A DNA stretch of 63,908 bases, counting the filler, from Octopus bimaculoides (Eukaryota): NCBI RefSeq assembly GCF_001194135.2. It is 6 parts of 5 records of this genome, joined end to end, with 100 filler letters (N's around TTAATTAATTAA, not from the genome) between each part and the next. Parts side by side here need not be neighbours in the genome. Positions count along the whole stretch, not along the records: positions 26,475 to 39,705 come from NC_068984.1; positions 39,806 to 52,245 come from NC_069007.1; 4 more parts are not named here. One strand, written 5' to 3'. Made by a program: the position numbers and the translations under genes. Under the pieces are notes generated by a model, which made no database searches, was not told where the DNA came from, and saw only the letters and a program-made list of their open reading frames with translations. Positions within the stretch are counted from its first letter, which is position 1. The number at the start of each line of letters is the position of its first letter. Positions 29,449-41,150 of the stretch are shown here, one piece after another.

Positions 29449-30436
29449 GAGCAGAAGAATACAACATAGCATGATATGTAAAAAATACCACAGAACCACT
29501 ATTATTGGAAGTAAGAAGGTCAGGCTTGTGTAGGATGGAAGGTTGCAAAGATAAAGCACTGTACAAGCACTTGAGAATGAATGAAACTGAAAATCGGTGG
29601 ATTAAGAAAAGAATGCATGGACAATTTCATAGGGATGTTGAAGATAAGACAGGCAGAGAAAAAAGATGGCTATGGATGACGAAAAGTGATTTAAAACTGG
29701 AAACGGAGGCACTAATCTGTGCTGCCCAAGAGCAAGCATTAAGTATTAATTACATCAAATACAGAATAGACAACACAGTAGAAAGTGATAAGTGCAGAAT
29801 TTGTGGACAAAACGGTGAAACCGTATTGCATATTACCAGTCAGTGTACGCCGCTAGCCCGGAAAGAATATGCGACATCATGACAATATAGCAAGGATTGT
29901 TCATTGGACACTTTTCAACAAGTATGGTCTTGACAGAGCAAAAATGTGGTACGAACATAAACCCGAAGGCAGCATCGAAAATGATAATGCAAAGATCCTA
30001 TGCGATTTTATGATTCAGTGCGACCATGAGATAGAGAATAGGAAATCAGACATAGTGTTAATTGAGAAAGAAAGCAAACGATACTGGATCATACATATAG
30101 CATGCCCAGCTGACAACAAGGTATGCGATAAGGAAGAAAGAAAAGTCGATAGATATAACAGGTTAGCTGGGAGAAGGGGTTGAAGAGGTCGCTGAAAAAG
30201 GTGGATGTAGTACCGATAATTGTCGGAGCCCTGGGAACAGTGAGTAAAAATTATGAGAAGTACATGGAACAAATAGGGGCTACAATAAGGGTGGAGCACT
30301 TGTAGAAATCAGCACTGCTTGGAACCGCTCGAATACTCCGGATGGTGCTCGAAAAATAAGAGGTGTTACTTTAGTTCATTGGTAATGAACAGCCGATACC
30401 GCAGTACATTTCCAGCGTTAAAAGCTGTGCAAAGAC
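29448..30436 (+). mobile_element. R4/Dong-type LINE, distinct subfamily (copy D)
   Basis: LKLETEALICAAQEQAL, CRICGQNGETVLHITSQCTPLARKEY, RHDNIARIVHW, KSDIVLIEK...IHIACPAD; flanked by (AAT)n. Confidence 0.9.
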
Positions 30437-30452
30437 AATAGTAATGATGATG

Positions 30453-30511
<59 letters not shown>

Positions 30512-30513
<2 letters not shown>

Positions 30514-32115
30514 CTCATTCTCTTATTCCACTAGCTGAATAGAACAAATTACGGTTACAAAATGTTTGACAAGATCATTTCACACTTGCTCTACATGGAT
30601 TATCTGAAATTATCTTCAAAAGATAGGAAGGATCTGAAAGGACTACTAGTAACTGTGAAAAAATTTTGTGACGACATCAATATGGAATTTGGCCTTGACA
30701 AGTGTGCAAAAGCTTCGTTCAAACGTGGTAAACTGACTGCTAATACCACGAACCAACTTGATCATGATATATCTATCAAGGACCTAGACCAAGTATAAGT
30801 ACCTTGGGATACACGAAGGGAAAGGGATTCAATACAGGTCAATGAAAGAGAAGATCAGGGAAGAGTATTATAGACATGTCAGAATGGTCCTGAAAACGAG
30901 CTGAACTCTCAGAATAGAATTGGAGCTATAAAATTCCTGGCGGTACCAGCTGTTCAGTATAGCCTTAATGTCATCCAATGGAATCTGAGTGATCTCCAGC
31001 GTATGGACATAAAGACTAGGAAACTGTCGATACTAAACAAGATGCACCATCCAAAATCAGACGTCCACAGGCTCTATTTCCTACGAAAGGAAGGCGGCAG
31101 ATGTTTAATCCATCTTGAAACGTCTTATAAAACGACCACGATAGTACTCTAAGTGTACATCCAAAGTAACATCGATTGGATGGTACAGCTGGTAAGGAAA
31201 CACGAACAGAGTAAGAAACTGTAGAGTAAGAAACTGTACTCAATCTCAAAGGAGGCATATAAATACAGACAAAAGCTTAACCTCCCTGATTATGATGATG
31301 ATGATAAGGAGGATACACCTCTCACTAAGGCAGCAAAAAGGTGTAAAACAAACGCTAAACACAAGAAAGCTTGTAGGAAATATCAAGACTGTGGCAAGAA
31401 AAACCAATGCATGGGCAATACCCAAACGAGTTGGAGAAGCTGACGTAGATACGAGAAGAAACCATCAGTGGCTGCAGAGTGTTGGCTTGAAAACCAAAAC
31501 AGAAGGATTTATTCTGCACAATATCAGTAGCCTCACCCGGAACTATCATGCTAATGTCACACACAATGTCACACACAATAAGATAGCATGATCGAGTTGG
31601 TCAATACTTGCACTAGAGCATATGCTATCACTGTAATATCTCATACCCTACGAACTGGTATGAACGCCATCTAGAGCCAGTCACTGAAGGAGAGATTGTT
31701 ACTATTCTATGGAATTATGAGATATAAACAGACAGGCAAATAAATGCTAACAAATCAGGCATCGTTATCAAAGCTGTTGATTGATATGACAGTGCTTACT
31801 GATAGAAGCATCTCAGTGAAGGAATTTGAAAAACTGTTGAAATATAAGGACCTTGAGACTGAGATATATAGAACATGGCAATTAAAACAAAAAAATATTC
31901 CTGTTGTTGTAGGTGCCCTGGGAATGCTGAAGAAAGGTACTAACAAATTTTTGACCAGATCCCTGAGAAACCAGCAAACTAGGTGACTCAAAAAATTGTG
32001 TTGACATCAACCACCCACACTCTTAAGAACTTTCTCTCCATCTAATATATATACGTGCCTTAGGTCTCTGGTTGAGATCCGGTCGGTAGATGAAATAAAA
32101 TGCAAATCAATCGGA
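30512..32115 (+). pseudogene. R4/Dong-type LINE, degenerate (copy E)
   Basis: ISHLLYMDYLKL (YMDD-type motif), NMEFGLDKCAK, GLKTKTEGFI, VSVKEFEKLLKYKDL, IPVVVGALG; followed by (TAC)n/(GAT)n. Confidence 0.85.
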
Positions 32116-32117
32116 TA

Positions 32118-32182
<65 letters not shown>

Positions 32183-32186
32183 GTAA

Positions 32187-32640
32187 TTATTATTGAGTGA
32201 GGGAGCAGCGTATGTCTTCAAAGTGACGCTGGGGTACAAATATATGAAGCCCAATATGCCCAACATGACTACCCGTCCGATAAGAGTGCATCAAGCACGT
32301 GCATTACAGCCATATGTGTGCGCCATGGTGACCACATATCAAGAGAAATAACACATGACCTTGCAGGTGGGGTCCAGTTACAATTTTCTTTAGCTCGAGT
32401 ATCTCATAACGCTTCAAAGATCTCTGAATGAGGGTTTTTTTAAGGATGATGAATGAAACACCCATGCTTTATTCAAACGCCAAAGAATTCCTCTCAATTC
32501 ATGTTTGTGATGCTCCCTCACCACATCTGCTCGTTATTAGAGATGCACTAATCGTCAGCCACTAAGGGACATGTCCAACTGATTAAGATCAAGCAAATCT
32601 GTGGTATTGAGCAGAATATTTGCTGTAGCCCATCTTTTTG
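32187..32640. repeat. Dispersed ~600-bp repeat of unclear class
   Basis: Starts ttattgagtgagggagcagcgtatgtcttcaaagtgacg. The same start recurs at 33310 (ttattgagtgagagagcagtgcatgccgtcaaagtgacg), and sequence after that gap (33898-33983) is probably its other end. Confidence 0.55.
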
Positions 32641-33260
32641 CACCAATTTTATACCCATACTCTGTTCTGTTAATTTCACTTGTAAGGGGCATTAGGGCTA
32701 TGCAAAAAATTAGCGGTGAAAGTGAGTCACCTTGGAAAATGTCACAGTTGACATCAATATTGTTTATATTCAATACTCCATTACAGTGATATAAATGGAG
32801 ATTAGTATTTCACACTGACATGTGCTTCAGGAAGTTTGAAATCACAGGAGAAATTTTGAAAATATCCAGTGATTTCAAGATCTATGAATTCAGTATGCTG
32901 TCAAAAGCCTTCTTATAATCAAACCATGTAGAACAGAGATTTCTGCGTTTGTTATGACAGTTCTCAAGGATCATGCGATTGATTAGAAGTTGATCTTTGA
33001 ATCCCTATGAGCCCCGTCGGTACTCTTTTTGTTCAGTGGGGAAAATACCATTCTGTTCCATAAACCCTAATGCGCCACAGACTAATGCACCACAGACCCT
33101 AATGCACCGAATATTACTAGTAAAACCCTTACAGTTTTTATATTCGAAATTATCATCTCAAATTTTAAAGGATTGTATTTTTTAAATTTTTCGTTTTCTT
33201 TCTTCACAGATCTGGAATCAATCGCACAATCTCGTAAGTAAATTCGTTCTTCTTTGTCTA
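32640..33260 (-). pseudogene. R4/Dong-type LINE fragments, minus strand
   Basis: CDIFQGDSLSPLIFCIALMPLTSEINRTEYGY (RT); KENEKFKKYNPLKFE...VIFGALGSV (RLE). Confidence 0.8.
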
Positions 33261-33272
33261 TTATTATTATTA

Positions 33273-33316
<44 letters not shown>

Positions 33317-33982
33317 GAGTGAGAGAGCAGTGCATGCCGTCAAAGTGACGTNNNNNNNNNNNNNNNNNNNNNNNNNNNNNNNNNNNNNNNNNNNNNNNNN
33401 NNNNNNNNNNNNNNNNNNNNNNNNNNNNNNNNNNNNNNNNNNNNNNNNNNNNNNNNNNNNNNNNNNNNNNNNNNNNNNNNNNNNNNNNNNNNNNNNNNNN
33501 NNNNNNNNNNNNNNNNNNNNNNNNNNNNNNNNNNNNNNNNNNNNNNNNNNNNNNNNNNNNNNNNNNNNNNNNNNNNNNNNNNNNNNNNNNNNNNNNNNNN
33601 NNNNNNNNNNNNNNNNNNNNNNNNNNNNNNNNNNNNNNNNNNNNNNNNNNNNNNNNNNNNNNNNNNNNNNNNNNNNNNNNNNNNNNNNNNNNNNNNNNNN
33701 NNNNNNNNNNNNNNNNNNNNNNNNNNNNNNNNNNNNNNNNNNNNNNNNNNNNNNNNNNNNNNNNNNNNNNNNNNNNNNNNNNNNNNNNNNNNNNNNNNNN
33801 NNNNNNNNNNNNNNNNNNNNNNNNNNNNNNNNNNNNNNNNNNNNNNNNNNNNNNNNNNNNNNNNNNNNNNNNNNNNNNNNNNNNNNNNNNNNNNNNNCAT
33901 GACAAAACAATGTACATGATAACACTTCCAATCAATTAAGATCAGAAGCCATGAGAGCCACTACTTGGTACTGCATCCGGGC

Positions 33983-34057
<75 letters not shown>

Positions 34058-34059
<2 letters not shown>

Positions 34060-35275
34060 GATTTGACTCAAGATCGGTCTAATACCTGGTAGAATTTATG
34101 TGGGTAACAAGTTACTACTTGTAACCTTAGGTATCCAAAGATTTCAATAATCTTTCAAGTGCTCAAAACCCTTCTGATAAACTTCCCTGTTACTAAAAGG
34201 CAAACTTTTTATAGAAGATCTGCACAATACTTAGTCTTGGCACTTTTTGACACCATTCCTTTCTCCTTCAACAATTTTCTATATTCTTAATCACAGACCC
34301 TAATGCACCGAATATTACAAGTACAACCCTTACAGTTTTCATATTCCAAATTATCACCTCAAATTTTGAGGGATTGTATTTTTTTTAATTTTTCGTTTTC
34401 TTTCTTCACAGATATGGAATCAATCGACCATCTTGGTAAGTAAATTCGTTCTTCTTTGTCTATTATTGTTGTATCTGGCTTATTATTTTTCTATTTTTTT
34501 ATCCGCTTGAATCGGAAAATCTCATAAAATCTAGCATTTTTTCCAACACAAGTACTCTTTCTACCCGATGATTATACCAAGTACTTCCAGCTTCAAACCA
34601 CCATTCTGACAAACCCTCCAGTGCAAAACTTACACAACTTTGTCATGCCTCAATTTCTTATATTCTCCCCGAGCTATCTGGCGGGCGGGGGGGCGTTATG
34701 CAACAGTACGTGGTATTGTTTCATTCAAAATTCCACATACTCTACCTTTTGTTGACACCTTCATACATATATTTTCACATGTTGTCTACAGCACTTGGTT
34801 TTGAACTGCTATAATAAGGCTCTCTGTTTCTTTTTCAATTGTCTTTTTCTAAACCTAGATTTTTGTTTCACATTATATCCCCAGTGGCTTTTCAACACCG
34901 ACGATGCAAAGGTTTCTCATCTTCTCAATCTGCATAACATGCTCTCTGTGAATTTCGGTCTTGTCCTTTTATCCTATTTCACACTTAATCACCTCTTCTT
35001 TACTCACTGTATTTAGTAATTTCTCTGTCCGTCTGTACACAGCATTTAGTAATGTCCGTCTGTACACCCTCTTCTACAACAATTAAAACTCTTCCACCCT
35101 GGTCTTTCTTCATGTACAACCGATTAATATCAGCTTTCATATGGTGGGCACCATACATTGTTAAGAGTTAAGTTTTTCTGTCAAGTTTCTGTATGTCGCT
35201 TTTTATCCAGTCTACGATTCCAACTCCATATCTTATTACCGGCACTGCTCTTGAATTTATCGCTTCAATAACATT
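34058..35275 (-). pseudogene. R4/Dong-type LINE fragment, minus strand
   Basis: Reverse complement contains LYMKKDQGGRVLI, CKFCT-type zinc knuckle remnant, and RLE similar to 33100-33260; 3' end abuts (ATT)n. Confidence 0.7.
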
Positions 35276-35322
35276 TTTTTGAATTCAGCTTTGACTATTT
35301 TCTCACTGTCCTTGTATATTAC

Positions 35323-35400
<78 letters not shown>

Positions 35401-35461
35401 CTTCTTCTTCTTCTTCTTCTTCTTCTTCTTCTTCTTCTTCTTCTTCTTCTTCTTCTTCTTC
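35323..35461. repeat. Compound (TAC)n(TTC)n microsatellite
   Basis: Direct reading; abuts the 3' end of the minus-strand LINE at 35462. Confidence 0.95.
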
Positions 35462-36620
35462 TATGTTTGACTTTGATTAGTATTTGTACAAGTTGACTCC
35501 AAGTCACATCCAGAGACCGCAAGAGACAACAAATTAGAAGTTCATGTTTGTGTCATGTCTAGCGTGTCATATATTTGGTCTTGCACATAGTATTGTTCTA
35601 GAGAATGTTTAAGGAAACATAAGAAAATTATGAGTTTGCTTTAAAATTTGAGATTACATAGACAGTATTTTACATAGGATATGGGCAGTTCCCATGAGCA
35701 CTATGCTTTGAATTTCTGCAATTTTGGGGTTTCCTGGTATCTGAGCTTGGCAGGAATCAGCCCGTTTTGCTGTCATTCCTAGGGCTTCTATGATAATAGG
35801 TATTGTTTTAGTCTTGAGGTTCCACATTTTGCCAATTGCTACTTCAAGATCTTTACACTTGCTCAGTTTTTGGTAGGTCTTGACAGATAAATTTATGTTT
35901 ATTGAGACAGCCATATAAATGAGGGAGTATGATTTTTATCTGAAGTCTTTCAATATAATGTCTGGCCTATTCTCATCTATCTTTCTGTCAGTTTGAACGA
36001 TGAAGTTCCAGAGGAGTGAGAAGTGATCATTTTAAAGCACTGGAGGTGGTTTGTGTTCCTACCAGTTTTTATCATGGGGCAGGTCCAGGTTTTCGAAAAT
36101 TACTGTACTGCTCTATTATGCCTGTTGAAATATTCTGTAGGTGCAGGAAGACTGCACATGGAGACAACATGATCAATGGTTTCATTTTGTTGTTTACATA
36201 CTCGACATGTTGGGTTACTGACGTTTTTTAATATGTTGGCCTGGTAGCTCCTTGTAGGTAGGCATTGATCTTGGGCTGCAATGATAAACCCTTCTGTTTC
36301 TGATTTTAAGCCAGAAGACACTAACTATTGATGGGTAAGGGCTTTGTCAATATCGGCTCTCTTTGGATATTTGCCATTGAGAAGGTTTTCTTGCCATTTA
36401 TCAGTAAGAATATCTAAGGCAGCAGTTTTAGCACGGGTTTTCATACGCTTAGCTTTTTCTGTGCTTGTTTCCAGTACGTCTAATTCAGGGATTTGTTGTA
36501 TTTGGAATTCACTTAGATATTCCCTGTTTTGTTACTGAGTATGATGCTTTCTTGCTTTCATGCTTTGAGTCAAGTTTTAACATCCAGTCGTAAGAGTTTT
36601 TCAGGTAGGTGTTTAGGCCA
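35462..36620 (-). mobile_element. R4/Dong-type LINE, 5'-truncated, minus strand
   Basis: GLKSETEGFIIAAQDQCLPTRSYQ, CRVCKQQNETIDHVVSMC, KLSKCKDLEVAIGKMWNLKTKTIPIIIEALG. Confidence 0.9.
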
Positions 36621-37302
36621 ATTATTATTATTATTATTATTGTTATTATTATTATTATTATTATTAAGTCAAAATTAAAAGAAGAGTGCCATTTGCTATC
36701 TTGTGAACAATATTTCGACATCTCGCGTGTCTTCCACTGGTTCAAAAAATAAATTTGTCAATCTACTTCATTTTGGTTAATATANNNNNNNNNNNNNNNN
36801 NNNNNNNNNNNNNNNNNNNNNNNNNNNNNNNNNNNNNNNNNNNNNNNNNNNNNNNNNNNNNNNNNNNNNNNNNNNNNNNNNNNNNNNNNNNNNNNNNNNN
36901 NNNNNNNNNNNNNNNNNNNNNNNNNNNNNNNNNNNNNNNNNNNNNNNNNNNNNNNNNNNNNNNNNNNNNNNNNNNNNNNNNNNNNNNNNNNNNNNNNNNN
37001 NNNNNNNNNNNNNNNNNNNNNNNNNNNNNNNNNNNNNNNNNNNNNNNNNNNNNNNNNNNNNNNNNNNNNNNNNNNNNNNNNNNNNNNNNNNNNNNNNNNN
37101 NNNNNNNNNNNNNNNNNNNNNNNNNNNNNNNNNNNNNNNNNNNNNNNNNNNNNNNNNNNNNNNNNNNNNNNNNNNNNNNNNNNNNNNNNNNNNNNNNNNN
37201 NNNNNNNNNNNNNNNNNNNNNNNNNNNNNNNNNNNNNNNNNNNNNNNNNNNNNNNNNNNNNNNNNNNNNNNNNNNNNNNNNNNNNNNNNNNNNNNNNNNN
37301 NN

Positions 37303-37346
<44 letters not shown>

Positions 37347-38753
37347 TTATGTTTGACTTTTGTTTTGCATTTGTACAAGTTGGATCCAAGTCTCACCCAG
37401 AGACCTCAAGAGACAACAAGTTAGAAGTTCATGCAGTTATTATGCCTAGGGTACCATATATTTGGATTTGTACATAGTGTTGTTATAGAGAATGTTTAAG
37501 AAATCACAAGAAAATTATGTGTTTGTTTTAAAATTCGAGATCACATAGACAGTATTTTACGTAGGATATGGGCAGTTCCCATGAGCACTATCTTTTGAAC
37601 TTCAGCCTTTTTGGGGTTTCCTNNNNNNNNNNNNNNNNNNNNNNNNNNNNNNNNNNNNNNNNNNNNNNNNNNNNNNNNNNNNNNNNNNNNNNNNNNNNNN
37701 NNNNNNNNNNNNNNNNNNNNNNNNNNNNNNNNNNNNNNNNNNNNNNNNNNNNNNNNNNNNNNNNNNNNNNNNNNNNNNNNNNNNNNNNNNNNNNNNNNNN
37801 NNNNNNNNNNNNNNNNNNNNNNNNNNNNNNNNNNNNNNNNNNNNNNNNNNNNNNNNNNNNNNNNNNNNNNNNNNNNNNNNNNNNNNNNNNNNNNNNNNNN
37901 NNNNNNNNNNNNNNNNNNNNNNNNNNNNNNNNNNNNNNNNNNNNNNNNNNNNNNNNNNNNNNNNNNNNNNNNNNNNNNNNNNNNNNNNNNNNNNNNNNNN
38001 NNNNNNNNNNNNNNNNNNNNNNNNNNNNNNNNNNNNNNNNNNNNNNNNNNNNNNNNNNNNNNNNNNNNNNNNNNNNNNNNNNNNNNNNNNNNNNNNNNNN
38101 NNNNNNNNNNNNNNNNNNNNNNNNNNNNNNNNNNNNNNNNNNNNNNNNNNNNNNNNNNNNNNNNNNNNNNNNNNNNNNNNNNNNNNNNNNNNNNNNNNNN
38201 NNNNNNNNNNNNNNNNNNNNNNNNNNNNNNNNNNNNNNNNNNNNNNNNNNNNNNNNNNNNNNNNNNNNNNNNNNNNNNNNNNNNNNNNNNNNNNNNNNNN
38301 NNNNNNNNNNNNNNNNNNNNNNNNNNNNNNNNNNNNNNNNNNNNNNNTCTTGAATTTGTTGCAATTGGAATTCACTTAGATATTCCTTTGCCTGTTTTGT
38401 TACTGAGTAAGATGCTTTCTTGCTTTCATGTTTTGAGACAAGTTTTAGCATCCAGTCTTCAGAGTTTTTCAGATAGGTGTCTAGGCCAATTGTTTCTACC
38501 TTCATTGTTAATGCCAGCTGTAGAAGTCCACGGCCTCCCTCTTTTCTTGGCAGATAAATACGTTCTATATCTGCCTTAGGGTGGTGCATTCTATGCATTG
38601 TCAACAGTTTTCGTATTTTTCTGTCAACATTACATATTTCAGTAATTGACCAGTTAACGATATTGAAACAATAAGTCACGACTGGTATGGCTAGAACATT
38701 GATCGCTTCGATCCTGTTTCTTGCGTTCAGCTCTGTCTTCAGTATTGCTCTCA
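37347..38753 (-). mobile_element. R4/Dong-type LINE, 5'-truncated, gap-interrupted
   Basis: RAILKTELNARNRIEAINVLAIPVVTY...HPKADIERIYLPRKEGGRGLLQL; 3' UTR matches the 35462 copy; (ATT)n both sides. Confidence 0.9.
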
Positions 38754-38766
38754 TTATTATTATTAC

Positions 38767-38824
<58 letters not shown>

Positions 38825-39067
38825 TCACAAGTTCTATTATTGTTTGAGGAGGATTTGTTATTTCCAGTAAAGTTCCTATTACTCTGTTAACTTTTCATAT
38901 TCGTAGTGTCCCTCTTATCTGTATTTCACATTACTATGCTTATTTATTTCCTTTTTTCCATCGTTCCTATCGTTTCTCACTATCCTGTATTCATTCTTCT
39001 TCCTATTATTATACGGTTCTGTAATGGCACTATCATAGTCCGCACTCACACCATTAATAAGTATATA

Positions 39068-39345
39068 CAATGGAACCTCGATTTACGAACACCTCGCATC
39101 ACGAACAAATCGGTTTACGAACAATTTTTCGAAAGTTAAAATGTCTCTGGTTGCAAACGGTATCTCGAATAACGGATATGCAAACCGGCAAGAACGGTTG
39201 GCGACAAGCTGGGAGTATCAGAGGTAAAGCTCAGTTACGTTTTAACTTTCGCTCAGTGTACATCCCTGCTCGAATTCGCCGTGCCTTTTCTTCAATTTCC
39301 AATGAGAAAAATAGTTTCGGTTTACGAACATTTCGGGTCCAAAGT
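39068..39345 (+). mobile_element. Tigger/pogo-like MITE remnant
   Basis: TA|CAATGGAACCTCGATTTACGAAC terminus with repeated TTTACGAACA subterminal motifs. Confidence 0.6.
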
Positions 39346-39883
39346 TTTTCTTCATAATCTATCAAAGTTTTCCATCAAGCTAGAATGGTACCAGATTTAG
39401 ATAAAGTGGAGTTCCTTGTGACAAATATCGCAGCCTTATTTAACAGCATGAATTTCATGCATAATTCTGAAGAGTCGATGTTCGATTGTATTAGTGTGAT
39501 ACCTCAGGAATGTATGGTTGAATTTATCATATAATAATATAGCAATACACATGAAATCGAATATGAATGAAGCAATAACGATTTGCTGCAACCATTCTCC
39601 TTGTGAATAATTACATACATACATACATATATACATACATACATATATACATACATACATACATACATACATCCATACATACATACATACATACATATAT
39701 ATATANNNNNNNNNNNNNNNNNNNNNNNNNNNNNNNNNNNNNNNNNNNNTTAATTAATTAANNNNNNNNNNNNNNNNNNNNNNNNNNNNNNNNNNNNNNN
39801 NNNNNGTTCGTGTATGTGTGAATGCGTGCGTTCATGTGCGTGTATGCGTGTTTGTGTTTGTATATATATATATATATATATAT

Positions 39884-40025
39884 ACGACGGGCTTCTTTCA
39901 GTTTCCGTCTACCTTGGTCGGCCCAAGGCTATAGTAGAAGACACTTACCCAAGGTGCCACGCAGTGGGACTGAACCCGGAACCATGTGGTTGGTAAGCAA
40001 GCTACTTACCACACAGCCACTCGTG
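39884..40025 (-). mobile_element. tRNA-derived SINE (family A)
   Basis: Reverse complement: gagtggctgtgtggtaagtagcttgcttaccaaccacatggttccgggttcagtcccactgcgtggcacc...gacggaaactgaaagaagcccgtcg(TA)n. Confidence 0.9.
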
Positions 40026-40592
40026 CGCCCATACTTAAACTTAACCATAAACTAACTTTTATAGAATAATGAGGTTTAGGGAGTGGCAATATATGTGAGC
40101 AGGTGCTTGCATGAGTGTGTTTTAATTGCGAGTATAAAAACCTGAAATTTACAGGTCATCGTAGGGTCAACCAAATTCTAGCCTTTTACCTTTATAAAGA
40201 TGGATAATTAAAAGTACTGAGTGTTTTGCAGAAAACTTTGGTTTTTGTTATTGTCCAACCCATGCTAGCATGGAAAGCGGACGTTAAACGATGATGATGA
40301 TGATATAGGTTGAAATGAGATGATAGTAGAAGGCACATGCCCAAGGGACTGCACAAAGGGACTGAATTGAAACCACAAAGTTGCAAAGCAAATTTCTTAA
40401 GCACACAGCCATGCATATATCTGTTAGCAACTCTCAAAAGATAATTTTAAAAAGGCATTTATTTCTCAAATTTGATTTACATACTTTTGGGAAAAATCTG
40501 ATTTTTGTAGATAAAAAAAGGGCAATTATTTATGTTACATTATTTACATTATTTACATTTGACGGATATTTGTCCTCATCTTGTTTGTTGTT

Positions 40593-40638
40593 AACACAAC
40601 GTTTCGGCTGATATACCCTCCAGCCTTCGTCAGGTGTC
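40593..40638 (-). ncRNA. Minimal type I hammerhead ribozyme-like motif
   Basis: Stem I GACAC/GUGUU, core CUGACGA, extra A, stem II GGCUG/CAGCC, GAAAC-GUU. Confidence 0.6.
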
Positions 40639-40711
40639 TTGGGGGAAATTTCGAACCTGGGTTCTCATTCCTAACGACGTTACTATTATTAAAAGCACCC
40701 ACTACACTCTC

Positions 40712-40870
40712 TGAGTGGTTGGCATTAGGAAGGGCATCCAGCTGTAGAAACTCTGCCAAATTAGATTGGAGCCTGGTGTTGCCATCCGGTTTCACCAGTC
40801 CTCAGTCAAATCGTCCAACCCATGCTAGCATGGAAAGCGGACGTTAAACGATGATGATGATGATGATGAT
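40712..40870 (+). mobile_element. SINE family C (ends ...ggaaagcggacgttaaacgatgatga)
   Basis: Same tail at 40250-40300 and on the minus strand at 49914-50060. Confidence 0.85.
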
Positions 40871-40995
40871 TATTAATCAGGTCGCTGCCGTGAATCGAAC
40901 TCGGAACCTTGGGGTTAGTAGCCCGCGCTCTTAACCACTACGCCATATGCCCGTGGGCAATTATGGGGTGAATTTTAAGGCTTATAAATCTATTA

Positions 40996-41150
40996 GAGAA
41001 CCCAGGTTCGAAATTTCCCCAAGACACCTGACGAAGGCTGGAGGGTATATCAGCCGAAACGTTGTGTTAACAACAAACAAGATGAGGACAAATATCCGTC
41101 AAATGTAAATAATGTAAATAATTCCTCATCTCTTAAATATAGAACTGAAT
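40996..41150 (+). mobile_element. Inverted tail copy of the hammerhead-bearing element
   Basis: Near-perfect reverse complement of 40540-40670. Confidence 0.9.
41023..41068 (+). ncRNA. Minimal type I hammerhead ribozyme-like motif
   Basis: GACAC CTGACGA A GGCTG gagggtatat CAGCC GAAAC GTT GTGTT. Confidence 0.6.

Larger units (their letters stand above)
40520..40970 (-). mobile_element. Composite SINE-like element: tRNA(Ser)-like head plus hammerhead-bearing tail, interrupted by a family C SINE
   Basis: Head GGGCATATGGCGTAGTGGTTAAGAGCGCGGGCTACTAACCCCAAGGTTCCGAGTTCGATTC (A/B boxes); tail ...GACAC-CTGACGA-A-GGCTG...CAGCC-GAAAC-GTT-GTGTT; 10-bp direct repeat ATAATTGCCC at both ends. Confidence 0.75.

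Noticed and set aside
33060-33110. ACCCTAA repeats as interstitial telomeric sequence
   Set aside because: They are a local tandem duplication of the R4 GALGSV-coding segment.
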